Shown: positions 1 through 10,104 of the stretch, one piece after another | Layout: each line of letters begins with the position of its first letter | Numbering within the stretch: position 1 is the stretch's first letter | Assembly: GCA_000388065.2 (NCBI GenBank) | Contig: KB932216.1 | Reading direction: 5' to 3' (one strand) | Origin: Fonticula alba ATCC 38817 | Lineage: Eukaryota > Protista > Nucleariida | DNA: 23,836 nucleotides | Notes under the pieces: model-generated | Told to the model about the DNA's origin: nothing | The model's input: the letters and a program-made list of their open reading frames with translations, nothing else | Database searches by the model: none | Program-made: the position numbers and the translations under genes

Positions 1-618
1 CCCCCCCCCCCCCCTTCTCTCATGTCCCAATCTCAAGAGAACAACACCCCATCATCGCCTTGTTTCCTTCGTTGTCTTTGCTTTTCGCGCCCCGCTGGTC
101 CGGCGCTGTCCTTAACCTCGCGCCGGAGCGTTGGCACCTGTGCATTGTCGGCCCCGGCTCCCGCCTGGGTGTTTTTTCCGTCCTCCCTCCCTGGCATGTG
201 CGTGTGATGCGGGGAGTTCCACACATAGTTGGGGGGGGGGGGCGGCGCCCTCGCGCCTGGGTGACATCTCTCGGTGGCACCAGAAAAATGTGCCAGGGCA
301 CGGGGGGGGGGTCTACCAGCGGGCGCAGGAGGGAGGGCCGCCGCGAAGAAGAGCCAGCCGCGGGTCGGCCACTTGCCCTGGAGATTAACCGTGGGCGCGT
401 CTCGGGCGATCGGCGGGGGAGGCGGGCCGGCCACGGGAGCAGCCCTACAACAGCAACCTGCCGGGCGTACGGGCGCACATGCCGGCAACGATCACCTCCC
501 CTCTCCCTCCCCCTGTGTGCTTTGCTCCCCATCCTCCGGCTCGCCCGCGCGCCGCTCCCCGCCACCCTCCCTCTCCCTTGGCCCTCTTTGCCGGCCTCCC
601 GCTTGCGCCGTCCTGGCC

Positions 619-3600
619 ATGGCCTCGGTCGCCATGTCCGACCCCTCCGCCTCCGCCACCAGCACGGCCCCAGACCGGCAGGTGCCGGTGTCCTTCAAGA
701 AGGCCGTCCTGCGTCATGTGCGTTGCCCGGGCCCAGCCTCCCGGGGGGCGCCTCTGGTGGTGCCTTCCGCCGCCCACCCCCCCCCCCCCCCTCCCCGCCA
801 TGCGAGACTGTCACTGACGCCTCATGCGGGCTGCCACTGGTTGCGCCCATTTCGGCACCTCCGTAGGCCAAACAGCGCAAGCAAGCGCAGCACGCCTCCC
901 CCGAGGGGGGGACGGCCACCCAGCCATCGACTCCCGGCGAGCCGGCCACCTTGGCGGCGCCCCTGCCGGCTGTGGCCCCGCCGCCGCCGGCCGGCGAGCG
1001 CTTCCCCGGCGGCGCGCCCGCTGTCTTTGACATCGCCACCCTCTTTCGCCCCGGGCTAGCACCGGGCCCGGGGACAGCCTCGGTGCCGGCCCCGGCCCCG
1101 GCCCCGGCCCCGGCCCCGGTCACCGCTCCTGCCGCCGCCGAGCTGCCCTCCGAACAGGCCGTAGCCCTGGCACATGCGATGGCCGCCCTGGCCAAGCGCC
1201 ATGAGGCGGCGCAGGCGCGCATCCGGACGCTGGAGCAGGCGCTGGCCGAGGCGCACACCGGGCCGCCGAGCGCCCCCGGCCCCGGCCCCAGCCCGGTGGA
1301 GGAGCAGCTCCGCGCCGAGGCGGCCGACGCCATGCGGCGCCTGGACGAGGAGCGCGCCCGGCGCATCCGTCTGGAAGAGGAGCTGGCCGGGCGGCAGGAT
1401 GATCTGCGGGACCTGCGGCGCGCGCGGCAGGAGGCCGAAGCGGCCCTGGCCGAGGCCCTGGCCGCTGGCCCTGGCCCCGGGGCCGGGCCCGACCCGGCGG
1501 AGGCCGATCGGCTGGCCGGGCGTCTGGCCGCGGCCGAGGCCGCCGCCGCCGCCGCCCAGCAGGAGGCCGCCGACCTGCGCGCCGCCCTGGACTCCGAGCG
1601 CCAGGCACATGAGCGGTGCGTTGCTCTTTTCCTCCTCCTCTTCTTCTTCTTCTTCTTCCTTTCGTGACTCCCGCTGCCCCTTTTTTATCTGACCGGCATT
1701 CCGCGCGCGCGCGGGCAGCACACGTGCCGAGACCCAGCACCTGCTGGAGGACTCGCGCGGGCTGGTCGACGAGCGGGCCGAGCTGCACCAGCGCTTCCAC
1801 CAGCTTACGGACGACAAGCTGGCCGCGGTGCAGGCCCAGCAGGCGGCCGAGGCCCGGGTCCGGCAGCTGGAGCGCGAGGCGACCAGCCTGCGCGAGGCCG
1901 CCGCACATGGGGGCACCCTGGCCGCCGCGCATGCCGCCCTCGAGGAGCAGCTGGCCCAATACCGGCGGGCATTGGCCGAGGCCGAGGCCCGAGCCGGGGG
2001 GCTGGATGCGCGGGCGGTGGCGGCCGAGCGCGCCCTGCAGGCAGCCGGCCAGCAGGCCGCCCAGCAGCAGGCCGACGCCGGCGGCCTGGCCGGGGCGCTG
2101 ACGGCCGAGCGCCAGCATGCGGCCCTGCTGGCGCGCGAGCGTGACCAGGTCCTGGCCGAGCGGGATGCCGGGCTGCGCCATGCGGCCGAGCTGGCCGAGC
2201 GCCTGGAAGCGGCCACTCGCGAGCGGGACACCTTCCGCGAGCTGCTGCTCCAGTCGACGGTGGCGGCCGGCGGCGGGGCGTCCACCGGCCCGGCCGGTGC
2301 CCTGGGCGGGACCTCGCCATCCGACGCCAGCCCCCTGGCCGGCGATGGGGGCGACGCCGACGAGCCGGACGCCCAGGACCCGGGGGCCCCCTCGCCGGTG
2401 GCCATCCCGGCCGCCGGGACGCCGCTGCTGCTGCACAGCCTGCAGGAGGAGCGTGATGCCCTGCGGGCGCGCATCGTCCAGCTGGAGCGCAAGTTGGCCA
2501 GCTTCGCCCCGGGCGGCGGCGGTGGCAGCAGCAGCGGCAGCAGCGGCAGCAGCAGCTCCTCCCCCGGGCCGGGGAGGGCTCCGCAGGAGGCCGACCCCAT
2601 GGCCGAGGCCACGGATCGGGCCAACTCGGTGGAGGTGTTGCTGGAGCAGGCGGAGCGCCAGCGCGACGCCCTGCAGGCCCGCCTCGACGCCCTGCAAAGC
2701 TCCTCGGCCGCGGCCCTGGAGTCGGAGTTCACCCGGGGCCAGGCCCTGGCCGAGGCCCTGGCGCAGGGGGCCGCCGAGCGCGATCGCCTGGAGGCCGACC
2801 TGCGCCATGCCCAGCACCAGATCCAGGAGTGCGTTTTTGCTTCCGGGCCCTCCTCCATTCTCCCTCCTCCTCCTCCTCCTCCTCTGACCGTGTCCTTTCC
2901 CCGCGGCTTTTCCGTCCCCTTCCCTCTGCTCCTATCCCCTTCTTACCTTTCTTGCCTCTCTTGCCTTTCTTGCTCCACGCTCCTCTGGTTCCTCTTGTCC
3001 CCGTCCCTTTTCTTGCCCCTCCTGTCCTGCCTGCTCCGCTGGGATTCCCCCCCCCCCCGGCCCTACGCTTGGCTGCCCGTGTGTATGCCCGTCGCCTCGC
3101 CCCCCTGGCATTGCCCCCCGCACCCCCTCTGGCACCCGGGCACAGACTCGTCAAGGATACCGAGAAGATCCCGGAGTTCATCCGACTGTATCACCGGCAG
3201 CGCGACGCGCTCAAGGCCCGGTCGGTGGCCAATGCCCAGCACATCGAGGAATTGGCCAGCCTGTGCGGCAAGCAGCGCGACGAAATTGACCGGCTCAATG
3301 GCGACCTGGCCCGAATGCGCCAGGAGCTGGCCACCACGCGCGCCGGCCGCCACGGCAACCCCAATGGCACCGAGACCGGCGCGGCTGCCCCGAGCGAGGA
3401 CCCCGATCGGCAGGCCCCGGACCACGAGCATGGGCACGAACATGGGCATGAGCATGAGCCCTCGCCGGCCGTCACGGCCGAGCCCGGCGCGCCGGAGCTC
3501 GCCTCGCAGGCGGCCGACCTGCTGCAGCGGGTGCGCCATTCGCAGGACGCGTACCAGGCCGCGCGCGAGACCCTGGCCGAGCAGTCGATAACTTCCTCGC

Positions 3601-3653
3601 GGATCGTCTTCACCCCCTGCCCCGGGTGCCACGGCCCGGCGATCGATGTCTGA
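619..3653 (+). CDS. Long coiled-coil golgin, GM130/golgin-A2-like (821 aa); exons 619-717, 867-1615, 1719-2828, 3146-3653
   Basis: Three introns start GTGCGT (718, 1616, 2829) and end in YAG (866, 1718, 3145). Phases 0/2/2 join to a 2466-nt open frame. The product is Ala/Glu/Arg/Gln-rich heptad sequence. The last exon has DTEKIPEFIRLYHRQRDALKAR, resembling GM130 [22 protein letters not shown], and ends PCPGCHGPAIDV. The gene structure is solid; the GM130 assignment is from recalled motif similarity. Confidence 0.75.
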
Positions 3654-4280
3654 ATGCCCGCCAGCACCACGGCGAGGGCCCGCCTCCCCCCTCCTGGTGC
3701 TGCGGCGGGGGGAGAGAGGGCTGTGCCGGGGGTCTGCGCATGCGCGGATCCACATATAAAGATATACAGCTACGACGCCTCGGATGGACGAGGCGTCGGT
3801 GTTCAGCCAGCCACTGTTCCAGCATCCCGGGGGAAGAGAGCGAGGCAGGGGGGGGAGAAAGAGGGAAGGGCCAAAGAACGGCAGCCCTGGTGGAGGAGCA
3901 CAAGGACAGGATGGCATGCGCGCGCGTGTGGGACTGCCACCCTGGTCCCCGCCGGCGGGACGTGCGCAGGCCCCTGCCCGCGGCCGGCCCTCGAAAAAGA
4001 GTTGGCAGCATAGGGCAGTGGCGCCATGGCTCGGGCTCCAGGGGCTTGCCGCCGGGCGAGTAGTGCCACCGGGGCGGCCGATCGCCACTGGGCCCGGTGT
4101 CGCCACCCTGGGCGAGCGCCGGGGCGCTTCTCGCCCCCGGACAAACACCGCCAGGCGCCCCTGCAGATGCCCCCCCCCCTTGGCGGGCTGCGATCTGGGG
4201 GCGCGGCGGATCCCGGCCGGGTGGTGTGCCCCGTCTCTCCCGCCGCCAGGGGCCGAGCGGCCGCTCGCATGTGAGCAAGG

Positions 4281-4282
<2 letters not shown>

Positions 4283-4340
<58 letters not shown>
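4283..4340. repeat. (GT)29 microsatellite
   Basis: Perfect dinucleotide run upstream of the BRCT gene ATG. Confidence 0.97.
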
Positions 4341-4343
<3 letters not shown>

Positions 4344-4516
4344 GGTGCGGGGGGTACAAAAGTCGCCCCCGCGCCGGCCCCAGCCCCGCAATGGAGAGAC
4401 ACAACACATCTTCCCTCCTGTACGGTGCCGATCCACACACGCCCCGTTTGGTTCCTCCCCCTCCCCTGTGTCCGGTTCCCCTACCCCCTCCTGCCCCTCC
4501 CCCCCCCCCTCCCAGC

Positions 4517-6661
4517 ATGCCTCCCCGCAAGCGCGCGATCTCCGCCACGGCGTCCACGCCGGAGACCACCTCCCAGGAGGAGACGCCCACCCGGGCGGCC
4601 CCCCCCGCCGCCGGCCGGCGCCGGTCGCGTACCACCCTCAATGACGAGGCCTCCCAGCCGGAGGATGCGGCGGAGGATGCGGCGCCGAAGCGCCAGCGTG
4701 CCGACACGCCGGCCAAGGTGCGCGCGAGCATGCGCCCACTGCCCCATGCCGTGTCCCTGGGCCGAAACCCACTGCGCGTGTAATTTTCCCCCCATTGACT
4801 GACATCATTTCCTCTGGCCATGCCATCGACACAGAAGCCGCCGGTCGCCAAGAAGGCCGCCGAGACGCCGGAGGCCGAGACATCGGCCGCCGCCGCCGAG
4901 GCCCCGGCCAGTCGGCCGGGCATTTCCCGACCGGGGATCGGCATCCGCCGGCCGGGGGCCGGGTCGGCGCTCTCCCGCTCCACCGCTGGCACCGGCCCCA
5001 AGACCCCCCTGGCCGCGGGCAAAGCGCGCGGCGCCCTGTCCCGGGGCTCCACATCTGCCAAGGCCCCTGCTGCCAGCTCCAAGGCGAAGGCCGCCATCGC
5101 CAGCAAGGCCAAGGCCTCGGCCGGCTCCAAGTCCAAGGCCGCCGCCGGCGGCAAGGCCAAGCCCCGGAAGCGCGGCCGCTCCGACGAGGACGACCCCTCC
5201 GACGATGAGCACGCCGACGACCTGTCGGATCTCGATGACGAGGAGGACGAGGAGTCGGAGTCGGACGAGGAGGAAGACGACGAAGACGACGAGGACCACG
5301 GCCTTCATGGGGCCCGGCGGCCGGCGGCCGGCGGGAGCACCAGTCGCCCGGGCGCCCCCTCGCCAGTCAAGCACTCGGTGCCGGACATCCGCCAGTCCAT
5401 GGCGACCACGGTCACGGCGGCCAACATGCGCCAGCCGAATGTCTCCTGCTCCGGGCTGGGCCCGGATGCCATGGAATTGCTGAGCTCGGCGGCCTTCGGC
5501 ATTCGCCACCCGAAGGCCGTGGAGACGGCCAGCCATCCCTCGCTTCCCTTCGCGGCCACCCCCTCGGGGATGCCCTTCTGCCTGGTGGACTGGGTGGCCA
5601 GCCCGGTGCCCGGCACTGGTGGCGGCGACGGCGGCGGCGGCGGTGCCAATGACCGGCTCCCGGGGGCCGATGCCCGGGGCCGGTGCACCGGCGCCACGTC
5701 CGGGTACTTTGCCCAGCACCCGGCGGCCCTGGCGCGCGGCGCGGCCCCCGGGGCCGATGACGGCCACGGCGAGGCCATCGACCCCGTCGCCGGGGGCCCG
5801 CTCCTGCTGGCGGATGTCCTGCTGCTGGATGCCCCCCGGCGCACGGCCAAGGCCATGATGGCCCTGCTGGTGGGCACGCGCCCGGTCCAGGCGGCCGCCT
5901 GGGTGATGGCCTCCATCGAGGCCGGCCAGTGGCTGGGCTTCGAGTGGCGTCACAATGCCTCGGCGATCGGGCACCAGCTGCAGCCATTCACCCTGGACAG
6001 CTGGCCCGACTCCACCGGGAAGGCCGTGGCATTGGGGGAGTCCCGCTGGGCCCGGCCACAGCTGCCCCGGGTCCATGACCCGCCGCTGCTGGCCTCGCAG
6101 CCGGCCCTCTACCTGGCGGAGCCCCGGGCCCGGGCCGACCTGGGCCCGCTCCTGACGCAAGCCGGCTGCCGGGTGCTGGATGCCCCCTTCGGGTGTGATT
6201 TCCAGCTGATCCTCGCCAAGAAGGCGGCCGCGAACAGGGCCGCCGCCACGGCCGGCGCTGCCCCGTCGTCGTCGTCGTCGCCACCGCCGCCGTCGCCGCC
6301 CCGCGGCGCGGCCCTGGTTTCCGACCTGCCCGGCGTCCGCATTGACTGGGTGTTTGACTCGATCATCCATGGCCGGGAGCTCCCGATCGCCGAGTACCTG
6401 ACCTCGGCCGCCCCGGACACCAAGGCGGCCCCGGCAAAGGCCCCGGCCGCCAAGGCGGCCCCCGCGGCGGGGGGGGGCCGTGGGCGTGGCCGCGCTGGCG
6501 CCGCCTCGCCGGCTGCCAGCCAGCAGCAGGATGACCACGCCCCGGCACTGCCGTCGGCCCCGCCGCCGCACCCTCTCCCGGGGCCGGAGGACCGGACGGT
6601 CTCCTTTGACGAGGCGCCGCTCTTTGGGGCGGCCGCCGCGGCGGCCGGCCTGTCCATCTGA
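4517..6661 (+). CDS. Nuclear protein with C-terminal tandem BRCT domains, microcephalin (MCPH1)-like (675 aa); exons 4517-4717, 4835-6661
   Basis: Phase-0 intron GTGCGC(4718)..CTGAC..CAG(4834). N-terminus has PPRKR and KPRKRGR NLS-like motifs and a D/E tract. BRCT1 has VSCSG, RRTAK..AL..G and WVMASIEAGQW. BRCT2 has PLLASQPALYL, GCRV and WVFDSI..ELPIAEY. These resemble the MCPH1 C-terminal BRCT pair (WVLWSLELGHW, LFADQPAMF, WVLDSI). Confidence 0.8.
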
Positions 6662-6894
6662 GGCCCCCCCCCCCGCTCCCCGGGCTCCCCGAGCTCTCCC
6701 ACCCTGCCGGGCATCGGCGAGGGGGTTGGGGGGAAAGAGAGAGCGCCAAAGAAAGCCCGCCCTGTCCTTGTGTATCTGCTGCCTGCTTGGTCCCCCCCCC
6801 TGTCGGGTGGGGCTTCCCCGACGAATGTACCCGCCCTTTTCCCTGGGGGTTTTTCTGTGCATATCTAGGAGGGGCGAGAGAGGAAGGGAACATC

Positions 6895-6900
6895 AATAAA
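6895..6900 (+). promoter_or_regulatory. Probable polyadenylation signal of the BRCT gene
   Basis: AATAAA about 230 nt after the stop codon, in an otherwise GC-rich UTR. Confidence 0.55.
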
Positions 6901-7008
6901 AAGGGAGAGACCCGCTCATGGAGGCGCGGAGGGGTGGACCGAGGTCCGGGTGAAGGCGCGGGCCCGGCCACGCCCAAGGCAACAGCGGCGTGCACAGTTT
7001 GTATTTTT

Positions 7009-7014
7009 TTTATT
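7009..7014 (-). promoter_or_regulatory. Probable polyadenylation signal of ERO1
   Basis: AATAAA on the minus strand about 190 nt after the ERO1 stop; convergent with the BRCT gene signal. Confidence 0.55.
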
Positions 7015-7207
7015 TCCCTTCCCTGGTCGCGAAATAAGACAAGCAGCGGGGAGAGGGGGCCTTGCGCTCAGCACGCGCGCAAATAGGGCCAGACGCAAGG
7101 ACATGTGTAGATGTGGAGAAGCAGCGGTGAATGGGGGGGGGGGGGGGGGGGAGCTGCCTGGCCCCCCGCCCCCGCCAGACATGATATGCCCGGGGGGGGG
7201 GGGAGCC

Positions 7208-10104
7208 TCAGGCCGAGGATGGCGATGGCAGCAGGTGCCCGCCCGGCGGGACGAGGCCCCGGGCCCCGCCGCCGGTCCGGTGGTGGTGCTCGTGCCACTC
7301 GTGCAGGAACTCGATGCTCTCGCCCACCAGATTGGCGGTTTGGATGAGGGCCGTCAGCTCGTTGCGGAAGAGCACCGGGCTCCGGGGCCCGGCCGGATCG
7401 CCATTGAGCAGGACCTTCAGAGCGGTGCCGTAGCCCAAAATCTGGACCTTGCCCCACAGCCGGCACTTCTCGCACTCGACGCAGTCCATCAGGCGCTCGA
7501 GCTGGCGGAAGCGCTCGCGGAACTCCGACTTCAGGCCCCCGGTGTCGGAGTTGAAGAGCTGGTCCGCGTCGAAGGTGGGCGGGAACTCGCGCGCATGTTC
7601 GGTGATTTCGGCGATCAGAGCCTGTGTGTGTGCGCAACGGAAGGTGAATGAGTGGGGTGAATGAGTGGGGTGAATGAGTGGGGTGAATGAGTGGGGTGAA
7701 TGAGTGGGGTGAATGAGTGGGGTGAATGAGTGGGAGTGAATGAGTGGGGGTGAATGAGTGAGGTGGAGTGGGCCAAAGGACCGAAAGGACCAGGACAGCC
7801 ACCAGGACAGCCACCAGGACAGCCACCAGGACAGCCAAGAGGATTGGGAAAGAGCGGGCGCAGACACGGGAAAGAGGAAGGAAGAGAGGGCACGCACCGC
7901 CGCGCTGTCGGTGAAGCCCAGCTGCGCATTGGCCGGCAGCAGGAGATCCGGCCGGTCGGCGAGCTTGGCGATGGCCTGGTGCAGGACGCTGTACGCGAAG
8001 TAGAGGTTCCGCACACGCTCCGGGTGGCTGACGACCTTCTTGTAGAAAAGGTCGTGGTTGAAAAACTGCACCAACGCGTGCCGGAGATGGGGGGGNNNNN
8101 NNNNNNNNNNNNNNNNNNNNNNNNNNNNNNNNNNNNNNNNNNNNNNNNNNNNNNNNNNNNNNNNNNNNNNNNNNNNNNNNNNNNNNNNNNNNNNNNNNNN
8201 NNNNNNNNNNNNNNNNNNNNNNNNNNNNNNNNNNNNNNNNNNNNNNNNNNNNNNNNNNNNNNNNNNNNNNNNNNNNNNNNNNNNNNNNNNNNNNNNNNNN
8301 NNNNNNNNNNNNNNNNNNNNNNNNNNNNNNNNNNNNNNNNNNNNNNNNNNNNNNNNNNNNNNNNNNNNNNNNNNNNNNNNNNNNNNNNNNNNNNNNNNNN
8401 NNNNNNNNNNNNNNNNNNNNNNNNNNNNNNNNNNNNNNNNNNNNNNNNNNNNNNNNNNNNNNNNNNNNNNNNNNNNNNNNNNNNNNNNNNNNNNNNNNNN
8501 NNNNNNNNNNNNNNNNNNNNNNNNNNNNNNNNNNNNNNNNNNNNNNNNNNNNNNNNNNNNNNNNNNNNNNNNNNNNNNNNNNNNNNNNNNNNNNNNNNNN
8601 NNNNNNNNNNNNNNNNNNNNNNNNNNNNNNNNNNNNNNNNNNNNNNNNNNNNNNNNNNNNNNNNNNNNNNNNNNNNNNNNNNNNNNNNNNNNNNNNNNNN
8701 NNNNNNNNNNNNNNNNNNNNNNNNNNNNNNNNNNNNNNNNNNNNNNNNNNNNNNNNNNNNNNNNNNNNNNNNNNNNNNNNNNNNNNNNNNNNNNNNNNNN
8801 NNNNNNNNNNNNNNNNNNNNNNNNNNNNNNNNNNNNNNNNNNNNNNNNNNNNNNNNNNNNNNNNNNNNNNNNNNNNNNNNNNNNNNNNNNNNNNNNNNNN
8901 NNNNNNNNNNNNNNNNNNNNNNNNNNNNNNNNNNNGAAGAGAGAGATGGAGAGAAGGAAGAGAGAGATGGAGAGAAGGAAGAGAGAGATGGAGAGAAGGA
9001 AGAGAGAGATGGAGAGAAAGAAGAGACAGAGAAAGGGATCTGACACTCCGGCAGCAGTACACATCAGCAGGAAGGGAACAGAGACCGCAGAGCGCCAGGC
9101 AAACGAAGAGACACATACCTTCTCCTCGGTCTTGGAAAGCCAGGTGTCGATTTCGGCGTTGTCTACATCGTTGCACAGCTCATGGCCGGCCTCCGCCTGG
9201 TCCGGGCGAATGACCTGGCAGTACTCGCTCGAGCACTTCATGCTGGCATCGTCGAAGGCCGCGCACGCACGGTACAGTCGGACCCCGAAGAAGCGGAACA
9301 GCGGCTCGCGCGACAGCTTCTGCACCAGCGAGTGGAAGGTCTCCGACGAATCGCGCAGACGCTTCCCCGGGAACACCAGGGCATCCAGTGTGCCGATGCT
9401 GGCACACAGGGGATTGGACTCCTGGAAGAACACGAGGCCGAGGGTCAGCACGCGGGAAACACCCGGCAGCCCGGCCGCCGGCGGAGGGCCATGCCGAGCA
9501 GAGGCCAGGGAGGGTGGGAAAGAAAAGAAAAAGAGCAAGAACAAGAAGGGAGAGGGCCAAACAGAGCCGGACAGCAGCTCGAAGGAAGCCCCGCAACACC
9601 ACGCACACTTTCCGACGCGGCCAGCGTGCAGAGACACGGGCAGGGCGGCGTGTCCAGCAGGGTGTCGGCCGGCTCGGCCTCGGTGGCCGGCACCACGGGC
9701 GGCCGGATGTCCACGCCGGCACCCGAGCCCCGGGACGACCCACGGCGACTGCCGGAGTAAATGCGCAGCCCATTCGGGTCGATGGTCACCGTCTGATCGG
9801 ACAGCCAGGAACCCGGCACACAGGGCAGGTAGGAGGGGCTGTCCGGCCGGCAGCGCGCCCAGGCCAGCGCGTCGGACACGATGCCCGATGGTGGCGGGGC
9901 CAGCTGCCGGGCCAGCAGCCCGGCCGACAGGACCACCAGCAGGACCACCAGCACCCAGGGCCACCGGGCCGGCCGGGAGGCAGGAGCCGCCGGGCCCTTG
10001 CTGCGCCTGGAGGGGGGAGCCCGGCCGCCGGGCCGGCCCGGGCGCGTGCTCAAACGCTGCGCCGGGTCCGGCGTGGCCGGCGCACTCGCAAGCGGCGACG
10101 TCAT
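7208..10104 (-). CDS. ERO1: ER oxidoreductin 1 (FAD-dependent sulfhydryl oxidase); visible exons 10104-9607, 9421-9119, [gap], 8065-7898, 7621-7208
   Basis: Active-site MDCVECEKCRLWGKVQILGYGTALK (CxxCxxC, 7483-7463); shuttle motif LFRFFGVRLYRAC..KCSSEYC (CxxxxC); HPERVRNLYFAY. Donors are GTGCGT (9606, 7897) and GTATGT (9118). The central FAD-binding exon(s) are not visible and presumably lie in the N gap. Confidence 0.93.
7644..7762. repeat. 13-bp minisatellite (GTGAATGAGTGGG), about 9 copies, in last ERO1 intron
   Basis: Seven exact tandem copies, then two copies offset by single-base insertions. Confidence 0.95.
7791..7838. repeat. 12-bp tandem repeat (CAGGACAGCCAC) x4 in last ERO1 intron
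   Basis: Three exact copies and one with a terminal mismatch. Confidence 0.95.
8096..8935. other. Assembly gap (840 N) inside ERO1
   Basis: N run flanked by a G run and a 21-bp purine repeat. Confidence 1.
8936..9019. repeat. 21-bp purine tandem repeat (GAAGAGAGAGATGGAGAGAAG) x4, running into the gap
   Basis: Visible tandem copies abutting the N run. Confidence 0.9.

Noticed and set aside
1-618. Short ORFs upstream of the golgin gene
   Set aside because: Low-complexity, no homology or coherent splice pattern; treated as promoter/5'UTR.
1056-2858. Long antisense or alternative-frame ORFs (e.g. 1056-2858, 1120-2817, 3610-5160, 4805-6862, 12468-14714)
   Set aside because: Shadow ORFs expected at high GC; they overlap well-supported genes and have no recognisable motifs.
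5159-5182. AT-hook in the BRCT protein (KPRKRGRS)
   Set aside because: Lacks the Pro of the GRP core; better read as an NLS.
7644-7838. CRISPR-like or telomeric array
   Set aside because: Units are head-to-tail with no unique spacers, lie in a spliceosomal intron, have no cas genes nearby and are not TTAGGG-like.
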